DNA of 64,000 bases from Dendrobates tinctorius (taxonomy: Eukaryota). This document shows positions 12,162 to 25,945 of the stretch, in pieces. Below the pieces are notes generated by a model. The model was not told where the DNA came from. It did no database searches and saw only the letters and a list, made by a program, of their open reading frames with translations. Made by a program: the position numbers and the translations under genes. Numbering within the stretch: the stretch's first letter is position 1; every line of letters starts with the position of its first letter. The stretch lies in contig NW_027361838.1 of assembly GCF_039654945.1 (NCBI RefSeq), forward strand, positions 7,688,001 to 7,752,000, in the 5' to 3' direction.

Positions 12162-15100
12162 CCCCTTCCCGACCTGTGACACAGCGTATGCGTCATGAAA
12201 GTCGGTATCAATCCGACCCATGACCCTGCGGGTCGGGGTCACTGAAAGGGCATCTGACCCGCAGATACAGGGGGCTTTGTACTTCACCACAGGGGGCGTG
12301 GCTTCGCCCCCACATGGCTACGATCGCTCTGATTTGCTGTTTCACTTTTAACAGCCAATCAGAGCGATAGTAATATTTCATCAATGAAAATTGATGAAAT
12401 ATTACAATCCAGCCATGGCCGATGCTGCAGTAGCAGTGATCAAAATGAAAAAAATAGTAAATAAACCCCCCCGTTTATCACCCCCATAGGCAGGCACATA
12501 TAATAAAATAAAGAAATTATTTTTATTTTTCCATTAGGGTTGGGGTTGGAATTAGGGCTAGGGTTGGAATTCGGGTTGGGGTTAACTAGGGTTAAGGTTA
12601 GGGGTGGGTTGGGGTTGGGATTACGGTTAGGCTTGTGGCTTGAGGTAGAGTTGGGATTAGGGTTAGGGGTGTGTTGTGGTTAGGGTTATGATTAGGGTTG
12701 GGGATAGGGTTGGAGTTAGAATTGAGGGGTTTCCACTGCTTAGGCACATCACGGGGTCTCCAAACGTGACATGGCGCCACCATTTATTCCAGCCAATTTT
12801 GCGTTCACAAAGTCAAACAGTGCTCCCTCCATTCCGAGCCCCGATGTGTGCCCAAACAGTGGTTTACCCCCACATATGGGGTATCAGCGTACTCAGTAAA
12901 CATTGCACAAGTTTAGGGTCTAATTTCTCCTGTTACCCTTGGGAAAATAAAAAATTGGGGGCTAAAAAACTATTTTTGTGGAAAAAAAAATTATTTTTAA
13001 TTTCTACGGCTCTGCGTTATAAACTTCTGTGAAGCACTTGGGTGTTCAAAGTGCTCTCCACACATCTAGATAAGTTCCTTGGGTGGTCTAGTTTCCAAAA
13101 TGGGGTCACTTGTGGGGGGTTTCCACTGTTTAGGAACATCAGGGGCTCTGCAAACGTAACATGACGCCCACAGACCATTCCATGAAGTCGGCATTTCAAA
13201 ATGTCACTACTTCCCTTCTGATCCCCGACATGTGCCCAAACAGTGGTCCGCCCCCACATATGGGGTACCGGCGTACTCAGGGCAAACTAGACAACAATTT
13301 TTGGGGTCCAATTTCTCCTGTTACCATTGTAAAAATAAGAAATAGTGGGCTAAAAAATCATTTTTTTGAGGAAAAAAAAATATTTTTATTTTCACGGCTC
13401 TGCGTTATAAACTTCTGTGAAGTATCTGGGGGTTCAAAGTGCTCACTATGCATCTAGATAAGTTCCTTAGGGGGCTAGTTTCCAAAATGGGGTAATTTGT
13501 GGGGGAGCTCCAAAGTTTAGGCACACAGGGGCCCCAAACACGACATGGTGTCCGCTAACGATTGGAGCTAATTTTCCATTCAAAAAGTCAAATGGCGCTC
13601 CTTCCCTTCTGAGCCCTGCCGTGCGCCCAAACAGTGGTTTATGACCACATATGGGGTATCAGCGTACTCAGGACAAACTGGACAACAACTTTTGGGGTCC
13701 AATTTATCCTGTTACCCTTGGGAAAACAAAAAATAGCGAGCTAAAAAATCATTTTTGAGGAAAAAAATGATTTTTTTTTTTTTTTTATATTTTTGTGGCT
13801 CTGCGTTTATAAAATTCTGTGAAGCACTTGGGGGTTCAAAGTGCTCACTACACATCTAGATAAGTTCCATAAGGGGTCTAGTTTCCAAAATGGGGTCATT
13901 TGTGGGGGGTTTCCACTGTTTAGGAACATCAGGGGCTCTGCAAACGTAACATGACGCCCACAGACCATTCCATCAAGTCAGCATTCCAAAATGGCGCTCC
14001 TTCCCTTCTGAGCTATCCCATGCACCCAAACAGTGGTTCCCCCGCACATATGGGGTATCGGTGTACTCAGGACAAATTGCACAACAACTTCTGTGGTCCA
14101 ATTTCTTCTGTTAGCCTTGTGAAAATAAGAAATAGCGGGCTAAAAAATCATTTTTGTGGGAAAAAAATTATTTTCACTGCTCTTCGCTACAAAATTTCTG
14201 TGACTCACTTGGGGGTTCAAAGTGCGCACTACACATCTAGATAAGTTCCTTGGGTGGTCTAGTTTCCAAAATGGGGTCACTTGTGGGGGAGCTCCAAGGT
14301 TTAGGCACATAGGGGCTCTCCAAATGCGACATGGTGTCCGCTAACGATTGAAGCTAATTTTCCATTCAAAAAGTCAAATGGCGTTCTTTCCCTTCCGGGC
14401 CCTGCCGTGCTCCCAAACAGTGGTTTATGACCACATATTGGTATTGATGTACTGGTATTGATGTATTGATGGTATTGATGTATTGGTATTGATGTACTCA
14501 GGAGAAATGTATTGGTATTGATGTACTCAGGAGAAATTGCCCAACAAATTTTAGGATCCATTTTATCCTGTTGCCCATATGAAAATGAAAAAACTGAGGC
14601 TAAAAGAAATTTTTTGTGGAAAAAAAAGTACTTTTCCACCTGGGGGTTCAAAAGGCTCACTATGCACCTAGATGCATTCCTTGGAAGGGTCTAGTTTCCA
14701 AAATGGGGTCACTTGTGGGGGAGCTCCAATGTTTAGGCACACAGGGGCTCTCCAAACGCGACATGGCAACCACTAAATATTCAAGCATATTTTCAATTCA
14801 AAAAGTCAAATGGCGCTCCTTCCCTTCTGAGCCCTGCCGTGCGCCCAAACAGTGGTTTATGACCACATATGAGGTATTGATGTACTCAGGAGAAATTGCC
14901 CAACAAATTTTAGGATCCATTTTATCCTGTTGCCCATGTGAAAATGAAAAAATTGATGCTAAGAGAAAATTTTTGTTGTAAAAATTAAAATGTCCGTTTT
15001 TTCCTTCCACGTTGCTTTAGTTCCTGTGAAGCACCTGAAGGGTTAACTTCTTGAATGTGGTTTTGAATACCTTGAGGGGTGCAGTTTTTAGAATGGTGTC

Positions 15101-15576
15101 ACTTTTATGGGTATTTTCTGCCATATAGACCCCTCCAAAATGACTGCAAATGTGAGGTGGTCCCTAAAAAAAAAAAAAAGGTTTTGTAAATTTTGTTGTA
15201 AACTTTTAACCCTTATAACTTCCTAACAAAAAAAAATTTTGTTTCCAGAATTGTGCTGATGTAAAGTAGACATGTGGGAAATGTTATTTATTAACTATTT
15301 TGTGTCACATAACTCTCTGGTTTAACAGAATAAAAATTCAAAATGTGAAAATTGCGAAATTTTCACCAAATGTCCATGTTTTTCACAAATAAACGCAAAA
15401 ATTATCGACCTAAATTTACCACTAACATGAAGCCCAATATGTCACGAAAAAACTATCTCAGAATCGCTAGGATCTGTTGAAGCGTTCCTCAGTTATTACC
15501 TCATAAAGGGACACTGGTCAGAATTGCAAAAAATGGCCAGGTCATTAAGGTCAAAATAGGTTGGGTCATGAAGGGG
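12162..15576. mobile_element. Non-autonomous piggyBac-like element (inner, opposite orientation), with ~390-bp internal tandem units
   Basis: TTAA|CCCCTT...AAGGGG|TTAA. The motif ctagtttccaaaatggggt recurs about every 390-430 bp from 13088 to 14700. Confidence 0.75.
12533..12725 (+). repeat. Degenerate telomere-like (TTAGGG/TTGGGG) tract
   Basis: ttagggttggggttggaattagggctagggttgg...; an inverse copy lies at about 16713-16783. Confidence 0.8.
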
Positions 15577-18500
15577 TTAATGACCAGGCAAATTTTTATT
15601 ATGTAATTCTGACATTGTTTTCTTGTGACATATTGTACTTCATGATAGTGGTAAAATTTCTTTGATATCACTTGCGTTTATTTGTGAAAAAAAAAAACAG
15701 ATATTTGGCGAAAATTTCACAATTTTCCAACTTTGAAAAAAATAGAGAAATATGTCTATATAAATAACATTTCCCACATGTCTACTTTACATCAGCTCAA
15801 TTTTGTAACCACATTTTTTTTTTGTTAGGAAGTTATAAGGGTTAAAAGTTGACCAGTGATTTCTCATTTTTACAACACCATTTTTTTTTAGGAACCACAC
15901 CACATTTGAAGTCACTTTGAGGAGTCTATATGATAGAAAATATCCAAAAGTGACACCATCCTAAACAGTGCACACCTGAAGGTGCTCAAAACCACATTCA
16001 AGAAGTGTATTAACTCTTCAGGTGCTTCACAGGAATTTTTGGAATGTTTAAAAAAAAAATGAACATTTTTTTTTTTTTTCACAAAAATATTACTTCAGAT
16101 CCAATTTGTTTATTTTACCAAGGGTAACAGGAGAAATTGAGCCCCAAAAGTTGTACAATTTGTCCTGAGTACGCTGATACCCCATATACGAAGGTAAACC
16201 ACTGTTTGGGCGCACGGCAGAGCTCGAAAGGGAAGGAACGCTGTTTGACTTTTTCAATGCAAAATTGGCTGGAATTGAGATCGGACGCCATGTCGCATTT
16301 GGAGAGCCCCTGATGAGCTTAAACAGTGTAAACTCCCTACAAGTGACACCATTTTGGAAAGTAGACCCCCTAAGGAACTTATCTAGATGTGTGGTGAGCA
16401 CTTTGAACCATCAAGTGCTACACAGAAGTTTATAATGTAGAGCTGTAAAACTAAAAAATCTTATTTTTTTTCACAAAAACCTTTTTGCCCCCAATTTTTT
16501 ATTTTCCCAAGGGTAACAGGAGAAGTTGGACCCCAAAAGTTGTTGTGCAATTTGTTCTGAGTAGGCTGATACCCCATATGTGGGGGTAAACCGGAAGGGA
16601 AGGAGCACCGTTTAACTTTTTCAACGTAGAATTGACTGGAATTGAGATCAGATGCATGTTGCGTTTGGAGAGCCCCAGATGTGCCCAAACAGTGGAAACC
16701 CCCCCAATTCTAACTTCAACCCTAATCCCAACAGTAACTATAACCCTAACCATAACCCTAACTCAAACTTTAGCCCCAACCCTAATGGGAAAATGGAAAT
16801 AAATACTTATTTTTTTTCCTAACTAAGGGGGTGATAAAGGTGGGTTTGATTTACTATTTATAGCGGGTTTTTGTTTGGCAGCTGTCATAAACTAAAAGAC
16901 GCTCTTTATTGTAAAAATAGTTTTTGCATCGCTTTTTATTGTAAAAATAGTTTTTGCATCACCACATTTCGAGAGCTATAATTTTTCCATATTTTGGCCC
17001 ACAGACTCATGTGAGGTCTTGTTTTTTGCGGGACGAGTTGACTTTTTTATTGGTACCATTTTCGGGCACATGACTTTTTTTGATCGCTTTTTATTCCGAT
17101 TTTTGTGAGGGGAAAAATTAACAAAAACCAGCAATTCATTAATTTCTTTTTGGGGGGCGTTTACACCGTTCCGCGTGTGGTAAAATTGATAAAGCAGTTT
17201 TATTCTTCGGGTCAGTACGATTACAGTGATACCTCATTTATCTTTTCTTTTTTTTTTTTTTTGTTTTAGCGCTTTTATACAATAAAAACTTTTATAGAAA
17301 AAATAATAACTTTTGCATTCTTTTATTCTAAGAACTATAACTTTTTTATTTTTCTGGTGATGGAGCTGTATGGCGGCTTGTTTTTTGCGGGACAACATGA
17401 CGTTTTCAGCTGCACCATGTTTATTTATAACCGTCTTTTTGATCGCGTGTTATTCCACTTTTTGTTTGGCGGTATGATGATAAAGCATTGGTTTTTTCTT
17501 GTCTTGGGGTTTTTTTTTTTTACTGGTGTTCACTAAAGGGTTTAACTAGTGGGACAGTTTTATAGGATGGGTCGTTATGGACGCGGCGATACTAAATGTG
17601 TACTTTTATTGTTTAGATTTTTTTTATTCAAATATTTATTTATTGATGGAATAAATAACTATTTTACAATTATTTTGAAAAATTTTTGAATTTCATTCTT
17701 ACTTTTACACCCTGTCCCACTATGGGACACTCATTTTGTGCAGCCTGATCGCTTCTATAACATGCAGAGCTGCATGCTATAGAGGCTGTCAGATCTGCCG
17801 CTTCTGTGCATACTGACCTCAGAGACTTCCTGACGTGCACTGCGCATGACAGGAAGTCTCTCAGGCCTGGAGACACGGATGTCATCATGACTACTCCAGG
17901 TCTCCATTGCAGCGATTGGGACCCCGCATCATGCCACGGTGTCTCTGATCCAAAGGTAGAGATGCTGTCAGAGCTGACAGCCCCTCTGACTGCTCCCGGA
18001 ACACTGCGATCATGTTTGATTGCAGTGTGCAGGGGGTTAAAGTGCCAGTAGCTGTCCGTGACCGCTCCTGGCACTTAGTGCCGGGTGTCAGCAGTGAGAA
18101 TCAGCTGACACCCGACTGCAATCAGCTGTGCTCCCCCTGTGATCGCGGTGACATTCTATCCCGTCCATGGGCATACGGGCCCAGGGCACATGGACAGGAT
18201 AGTATGTCAGAAAGGGGTTAATGATATAATAAATATTTATTTTTTTTATAATTTTTTTTAAATATTTGTACATTACTTACATTTTTTTTTTTTTTTTATT
18301 TCATTCTATGTTTTACACCCTGTCCCACTATGGGACACTCATTTTGTGCAGGCTGATTGTTAGATATCATGCAGATCTGCATGCCATATAAGCTGTCAGT
18401 GCTGCAGGGATTTGTCTCTAACCTCAGAGACTTCCTGACATGCACTGCGCATGACAGGAAGTCTCTGACCTCTGATAACCCGGATGTCGTCATGACAATA

Positions 18501-21066
18501 TTGGGTTACCATGGGAGCTATCGAGACCCTGCGTCATGCCGCGGGGTCTCTGATCCAAAGGCAGAGAGGCTGTCAGCTTCTGCCGGCTCCCGGAACGCTG
18601 CGATCATGTTTGATCACAGTGTGCAGGGGGTTAAAGTACCGGCAGCGGTCTGTGACCGCTCCTGGCACTTAGTGCCGGGTGTCAGCTGTGAGAATCAGCT
18701 GACACCCGGCCGCGATCAGCCGTGCTCCCCCCATGAGCGCGGCTGGTCGCGTATGACGTACTATTCCGTCCATGGGCATTAAGTCCCAGGGCACATGGAT
18801 GGAATTGTCCGTCCAAGGTCAGAAAGGGGTTAAATAAGAATGAAAAGTGTGTTTTTGTTTTATTTCAAATTAAGGACTTTATTCTGGCTGTGTCTTTATT
18901 TACCATGTAACTATAGGATTGGTATTGGATAAGTGTCTCATAGATGCCTCTCGTTTACTAAACCGTGGGCTTGATGTCACCTGACAATACAAAAGTGACA
19001 TCAACCCCACAATTATGAACCCCACTTGTCACCGCTACAGGGCAAGTTGAAAGAGCCAGGCAAAGCGCCAGAATTGGCGTATCTAATAGATGTGCCTTTT
19101 CTGGGCAGCTGTGGGCTGCTTTTTTAAGGAGGGGGGGGGGGGTCAATTTCTATGGCCCCTTAGCAGCAAGAGAATACCAGTACCCATCTGTCAGCTTTAG
19201 CAAGGCTGGCTGTCAAAAATAGGGGGGACCCCATGCCATTTTTTAAATTATTTAAATAATTAAAAAACTGACGTGGGGACCCCTCTATTCTTGATAACAA
19301 GCCTTGCTGAAGCGAACAGCTGAGGATTGCAGCCCCCATCTGTGAGTTTTGCATGGCTGGTTATAGAAAATACAGGGGAACCCACACCGGATTTTTTTTT
19401 ATTTATTTTTAGCGTAGTCGGCGGGTGATGAGTGCTCCCATCAGCCGCTCATGCTGTCACTATTAGCGGCATCAGGTGTAGGCTGATGGGAGTAATAGTC
19501 CCATCAGCTGCTGCTTGCTTTCATTGTTATCACTTGAGTATAACTCTCATCATTGTCACCTGCTCTGCCGACAATCAGGGGAGAATGATTAGAACGCTCT
19601 TCAGCACCCGACGCCGAGGAACAGTGCTCACAGTCTCGTTGCTTCTCAGGTACGTGTCACTTGGATGACATCCTAATGTTCACATTTGCGGGACGTCTTG
19701 CAGCCCGTGCTGCTGGTAAAAGCAGACATGTCTACATGTCGGTTACACGGACTCACGGTCAGTGGAAACACACTAACATGTGCACAGACCCATTCACTTG
19801 AATGGGTCAACGTGTGTCCATATCTCTGGTATGTGTGAAAACTGTCACCCCATGTACCGGAGACACTGACATATGAAAGAACCTTAAGGCATCGTTTAGA
19901 CATTTGTATTTACTTGCATGTTCAATCCATGTTTTTTTCGGGTAGAACACATACCCATTATAATCTGTGGGTTATTCTCATGTCTGAAGACGTCCATTTT
20001 TGATTGGAGTCCGGATCAAAATTACCCATACAAGTCTATGGGTCCATGAAAATCAGTGGTGGCATCAAGTCTGCTGGTGATCTGTGATTAATGTTGCATT
20101 GAACAGGAGAAGATTTACATTTTTTTTTTTTTTTTCATATGCAAAAATCACTGATGGAAAAACTGAATCTCTACTGAAACGCGGCCATTATGTTTTTTTT
20201 TCTTTTGCAATTGAAAAAAATCAGACGTCTGGAGGAGTGCTGTCTGGTATATGTAGTCTGGCAATGCTCAGTAGCAAATACTGTAGATACACACCATAGT
20301 GATAATCATGGGCCCCTGTTACTGAAATAGTTAAATGTGACCCCACAAACCAGAGCATTAGATTGCTGCTAGTATGATGACATTTTCAGTGTGAAAGCTC
20401 GCATGTCAAAAGCCATCAACCTGTTAATGTGCATTGAGGCTTACTTGTGTATTCACCTGGGACCTGACTTTTTATTAGGTAGGGTCACACTTGTTTCTCG
20501 TACGTGTGACCAGCCCCCCCCCCCCCCGACCTTAAAGTGAACCTGACGGCTGATCCACAGGCTGCAGCGTTTCAGAGCATACTGTACAAGTGGAAGGGGC
20601 CGAGCTATGCTAGAGACTAGTCGGCACAGGCAGGTCCCTGGCAGCTTCTCCCGGCGCCCTGCCCTGGAGTGACAGGTCTCTGTCTATTTCTCCTCTCCAT
20701 GGCGGCTTTTTAAAGCGCATTTTATTTCTGATAAACAGCAGTGTTTCAAGGTCAAACATACATAGCTGAGATTTTACAGCCAGTGCCTGATGCATGCTGC
20801 CTGCTTCCCGTTATTGAAACTCTGCAATGTACCGTAATCGCCAGGAGATGGTGCTGTTGTACATGATTTTGAAGACTTGATTCCTACAATCTCCAGTATT
20901 TTGTCCCCAGATGCTGCACTTTATCTGTTATTCTGCTATTCCGGCTGATTTTCAGTCCTTATTTGTTGTTAGAAAATCTTCAGAATATTATAACATCAGC
21001 AAAGTGAATGTGATTTGAGCAAATCTGATGTATTTCTGCACTGAAATTCTGGTATGATGCAGATTT

Positions 21067-21105
<39 letters not shown>

Positions 21106-21429
21106 CTCCTTTGCAACTCGTAGGCTAAATTCCACATGTAACGCAACAGATTTATTTTTTCACATGTGAATATACTTGGTGTCATTCTGATAACCACAAT
21201 GCATGCTGCTCCAATGCAACGCTTTCAGATCCTATCAGGCATGGGGCAGTCATGTGACTTTAACCGTTTGTCACTAATTTGAATCGTAATGTGTAACCCT
21301 TATATATTACCAACTATAAGTTAGACAATATTTGAATGTGCCCAAACTGATTAGTTTAAATGGCTGTCAGCTCATATATTTGGGGGCTTCTTCAGTGCCC
21401 TATTGTAAATATGTATTCACCTTTTTTAA

Positions 21430-21627
<198 letters not shown>

Positions 21628-21719
21628 TAAGAGAAAAATAACCCTGATTTTAGTGTATTTCTTTGCGACACTTGGTTACCATTAGTGTAAGACGACAATT
21701 TCTGTCATCTTATCTGTAG

Positions 21720-21821
21720 ATTACACAGGAAAAGGCATGGACCAGCTACAGCATGTGATAGACACAATCAAGAATAATCCGGATGACCGGAGAATCATAA
21801 TGTGTAGCTGGAATCCTAAAG
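21720..21821 (+). CDS. TYMS: Thymidylate synthase exon 4
   Basis: 102 bp, (D)YTGKGMDQLQHVIDTIKNNPDDRRIIMCSWNPK. Confidence 0.98.
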
Positions 21822-22311
21822 GTACATGTATATTTACAATGGCGTGGCTTAGAATATCCATTAAAAGCTGATGTGACTCCAAATTTTCAGACAGTCAGGA
21901 GCCACACACCATGGGCCTGCGAGCCACATGTTGCTCCTGAGCATCAGGCTAGGGACCCCTGCTTTAGTAGAGGGTTTTCAGTTTTGGCATTATCCTGTGC
22001 GTAAAGAAATATCTTCTGCCTTTACATCATAACAAACCGGCCGTGTATACAAGATTAGCAATATGTAATGGTGTGTGTCTCTTTCAAGCATAAAGGCAAC
22101 ACTTGTCATTCTGAGGTTTGTCATCTCTGCTGTGAAAGTATAGTCTGACTTTCCTAAAATATTACATTGGCCACCTGCTCCATACCAATTTAATGCAAAG
22201 TAATGTAGATTGATGTATTCACGAAAAGAGAATTGACAAGGTTTTGGGGAAATGGCAGAACAGTGCTAACAACTATGCACTATCATGTCCTTTTGTAGTT
22301 GTATCTGGTAG

Positions 22312-22536
<225 letters not shown>

Positions 22537-23498
22537 TAAAAAAAAAAAATCATTCTAATATCTATAAAGGTGTTGGGTGATCAACGTTTTTTATTTATTT
22601 ATTTATTTTTTATTTTTTTAAAGCTCTGGTGCCAGATTTAAACGGTGAACAGAGTGAAACAACACTGCTCTGTTATATTCCGCCATGCAAAATAATAACG
22701 GTCTATAATCACTTGTGGCGCAGGCATCTGTTCTAGTGATGTTGGCTCCTGATCTCCCAGGACTCACATGATATTATGCCATGTGTGCAGCCACTTTCCT
22801 CTAACTTCCTTTGGACAAATCTGACATCCGGGTGAAGTCAGAGCAGCAGCAGCAGCTCTGACTTATTCCTGATTACAGGTCTGTAATTGATATGTTTCTG
22901 GAGTGGCAGCATCGCTGCGGCTTGTCAGTTGTGTGACGTCGCACCTAGACTATTAATCAGAAGTGATGCCAGCAGGTAGGAGAAGACTGTGCTCCCTTTT
23001 GGCAGTCACAGATTACTGTTGTGCAGGCTGGACATGGATCACCAAATTGATTTGTTCATCCCTAGCATTTATTTACTTATTTTTATGCTTTCCTATAGAG
23101 TGGATATGAAATGTAATTCTTTGCCACCTAACTTTCAGGTGAAAGGTTTTACTTGACCTGCGTATGGATGTGATCAGTTGTAAATGAAAAGTATTCCATA
23201 TCAGACAACCACACCAGGATGCACACCTGGAGGTCTTCTGTAACCATTACAGAGATTTTATGCTTCTTCGACTATTTTATCAAGCTGTTTTCTTAGTGCT
23301 CACATAAAATAGACTGCATATTATGTCCTGCTGACTTATAAACCTTACCTGCCTCATGAATAGTCATCATGGAAACCTTTTATTATGCTCTGTAGGTTGT
23401 ATTTCCTCATTTATTACTGGACTGGAAGCTACTGAAATGAACCAACAAGGCTTACAAAGCGGACTAGATTATAATTTTTTTTTTTTTTCACTTTTTAG

Positions 23499-23570
23499 GT
23501 TGGTGACTTTATCCAGACTTTGGGGGATGCTCATGTTTACCTTAATCATATTGAGCCATTGGAGAAACAA
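23499..23570 (+). CDS. TYMS: Thymidylate synthase exon 6
   Basis: 72 bp, [24 protein letters not shown]. Confidence 0.97.
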
Positions 23571-24354
23571 GTATGTAAATTACCAAAATTGGAAACTAAA
23601 ATGTAATAATCATTGTGTTCTTATTTTTATCAGCACATTTTTCCATATTTTAAGGAAATTAAAATTGACTGATCTGAGTACAAATATCAAGCACTAACGT
23701 TATTTTCCAGGTCATCCTTCCTGACAGCACTATGGAGATCGTCCTTCTTATCCTTGCTGTGACAGGAAACGAGAGGTTAAATGGACCCTCCCATCTCCAC
23801 CCCCTCAGTGTTTTTCCAAGTACCAGTGAGGATAGGAACGACAAGAGAAGAGCTTCGGTGTATCCCTCCTGGTTGTACATGGCAGACCCAGCTCGGATCG
23901 GGAGGCCCAGCCTCTCCGTTCCCGCTGTCAAGCGGTCTGTGGCCGACACCCTCCAATGGGGGGGGGTTCCTCAGCCTACCTGGTGAGCGCTGCTCGGAAG
24001 CCACATCATCCTGCCGGGAGGCTATTGGCTCCAGCGTCTGCCTCCGGCTCGCTGAATTCCCTCTAGGCTCACTTCCAATGACGTTATCTCTGCGGGCCGG
24101 GCAGAGCACTTCCGAGTCGCTGCCAGCATGCTTTCCACGGTGGAAAGCAGGAAGTATCGGGACGAGGCAAGGATCCTGGCATTGCCTCGTCTGATGGGTA
24201 TCGTATAGAGTCCTAAATGTCTGTAGGCTGCCCTACTGTATGCTTGGACATGGGAGGAATCTGCCAAAGCTGAGGTTACTTCTGAACAAGGCTAGGAGCA
24301 CATGAGTAGAAGGGTTAGTAAGATACCCTCTAACAGTCCCTTATCCCACACATA

Positions 24355-25945
24355 CAGTACAGACCAAAAGTTTGAACACATACTTATTCAAAGAGTTTTC
24401 TTTATTTTCATCACTATGAAAATTGTAGATCCACTCTGAAGGCATCAAATCTATGAATTAACACATGTGGAATTATATAATTAACAAAAAAGTGTGAAAC
24501 AACTGAAAATATTTCTTATATTCTAGGTTCTTCAAAGTAGCCACCTTTTGCTTTGATTACTGCTTTGCACACTCTTGGCATTCTCTTGATGAGCTTCAAG
24601 AGGTAGTCACTGGAAATGGTCTTCCAACAATCTTGAAGGCGTTCCCAAAGATGCTTAGCACTTGTTGGCCCTTTTGCCTTCACTCTGCGGTCCAGCTCAC
24701 CCCAAACCATCTCGATTGGGTTCAGGTCTGGTGACTGTGGAGGCCTGGTCATCTGGCGTAGCACCCCATCACTCTCCTTGGTCAAATAGCCCTTACACAG
24801 CCTGGAGGTGTGTTTGGGGTCATTGTCCTGTTGAAAAATAAATGATGGTCCAACTAAACGCAAACCGGATGGAATAGCATGCCGCTGCAAGATGCTGTGG
24901 TAGCCATGCTGGTTCAGTATGTCTTCAGTTTTGAATAAATCCCCAACAATGTCACCAGCAAAGCACCCCCACATCATCACACCTCCTCCATGCTTCACGG
25001 TGGGAACCAGGCATGTAGAGTCCATCCGTTCACCTTTTCTGCTTTGCACAAAGACGCGGTGGTTCGAACCAAAGATCTCAAATTTGGACTCATCAGACCA
25101 AAGCACAGATTTCCACTGGTCTAATGTCCATTCTTTGTGTTCTTTAGCCCAAACAAGTCTCTTCTGCTTGTTGCCTGTCCTTAGCAGAGGTTTCCTAGCA
25201 GCTATTTTACCATGAAGGCCTGCTGCACAAAGTCTCCTCTTAACAGTTGTTGTAGAGATGTGTCTGCTGCTAGAACTCTGTGTGGCATTGACCTGGTCTC
25301 TAATCTGAGCTGCTGTTAACATGCGATTTCTGAGGCTGGTGACTTGGATGAACTTCTCTGCAGCAGAGGTGACTCTTGGTCTTCCTTTCCTGGAGCTGTC
25401 CTCATGTGAGCCAGTTTCTTTGTAGCGCTTGATGGTTTTTGCCACTGCACTTGGGGACACTTTCCAAGTTCCAAATTTTCAGACTGACTAACCTTCATTT
25501 CATAAAGTAATGATGGCCACTCGTTTTTCTTTACTTAGCTGCTTTTTTGTTACCATAATACAAATTCTAACAGTCTATTCAGTAGGACTATCAGCTGTGT
25601 ATCCACCAGACTTCTGCACAACACAACTGATGGTCCCAACCCCATTTATAAGGCAAGAAATCCCACTTATTAAACCTGACAGGGTGACTTCCGGTGACTA
25701 CCTCTTGAATCTCATCAAGAGAATGCCAAGAGTGTGCAAAGCAGTAATCAAAGCAAAAGGTGGCTACTTTGAAGAACCTAAAATATAACACATTTTCAGT
25801 TGTTTCACACTTTTTTGTTAATTGTATAATTCCACATGTGTTAATTCATACTTTTGATGCCTTCAGAGTGAATCTACAATTTTCATAGTTGTGAAAATAA
25901 AACTCTTTAAATGAGACGGTGTGTCCAAACTTTTGGTCTGTACTG
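24355..25945 (-). mobile_element. Tc1/mariner transposon with long (~260 bp) TIRs
   Basis: TA|CAGTACAGACCAAAAGTTTG ... CAAACTTTTGGTCTGTACTG|TA. Confidence 0.95.
24516..25557 (-). pseudogene. Tc1-family transposase, N-terminus disrupted by stops
   Basis: GRPR, WSDESKF, QDNDPKH and [11 protein letters not shown] motifs. Open from 25460 to 24516. The upstream MVTKKQLSKEKRVAIITL is followed by stops. Confidence 0.92.

Larger units (their letters stand above)
12130..18829. mobile_element. Non-autonomous piggyBac-like element (outer), TTAA-flanked, with a tandemly duplicated right terminus
   Basis: TTAA|CTCCTTT at the left. AAAGGGG|TTAA at both 18217 and 18829. The sequence resumes at 15581 after the inner insertion. 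Confidence 0.7.
11083..19883. mobile_element. Palindromic Harbinger/PIF-type MITE split by nested insertions (arms about 11083-12125 and 18834-19883)
   Basis: The arms are inverted copies, for example 11690-11900 against 18900-19160. TTA-flanked ggccagtttcacac-type terminus. Confidence 0.65.

Noticed and set aside
12533-12725. Chromosome end or fusion scar
   Set aside because: The tract is short, degenerate and embedded within a transposon inside a TYMS intron.
12676-16753. Cluster of similar 60-120-aa ORFs
   Set aside because: These are translations of the ~390-bp repeat units, with no transposase or other motif.
23356-23697. 113-aa ORF overlapping TYMS exon 6 (likewise 33462-33653 over exon 7)
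   Set aside because: It is out of frame with the real exon and has no recognisable domain.
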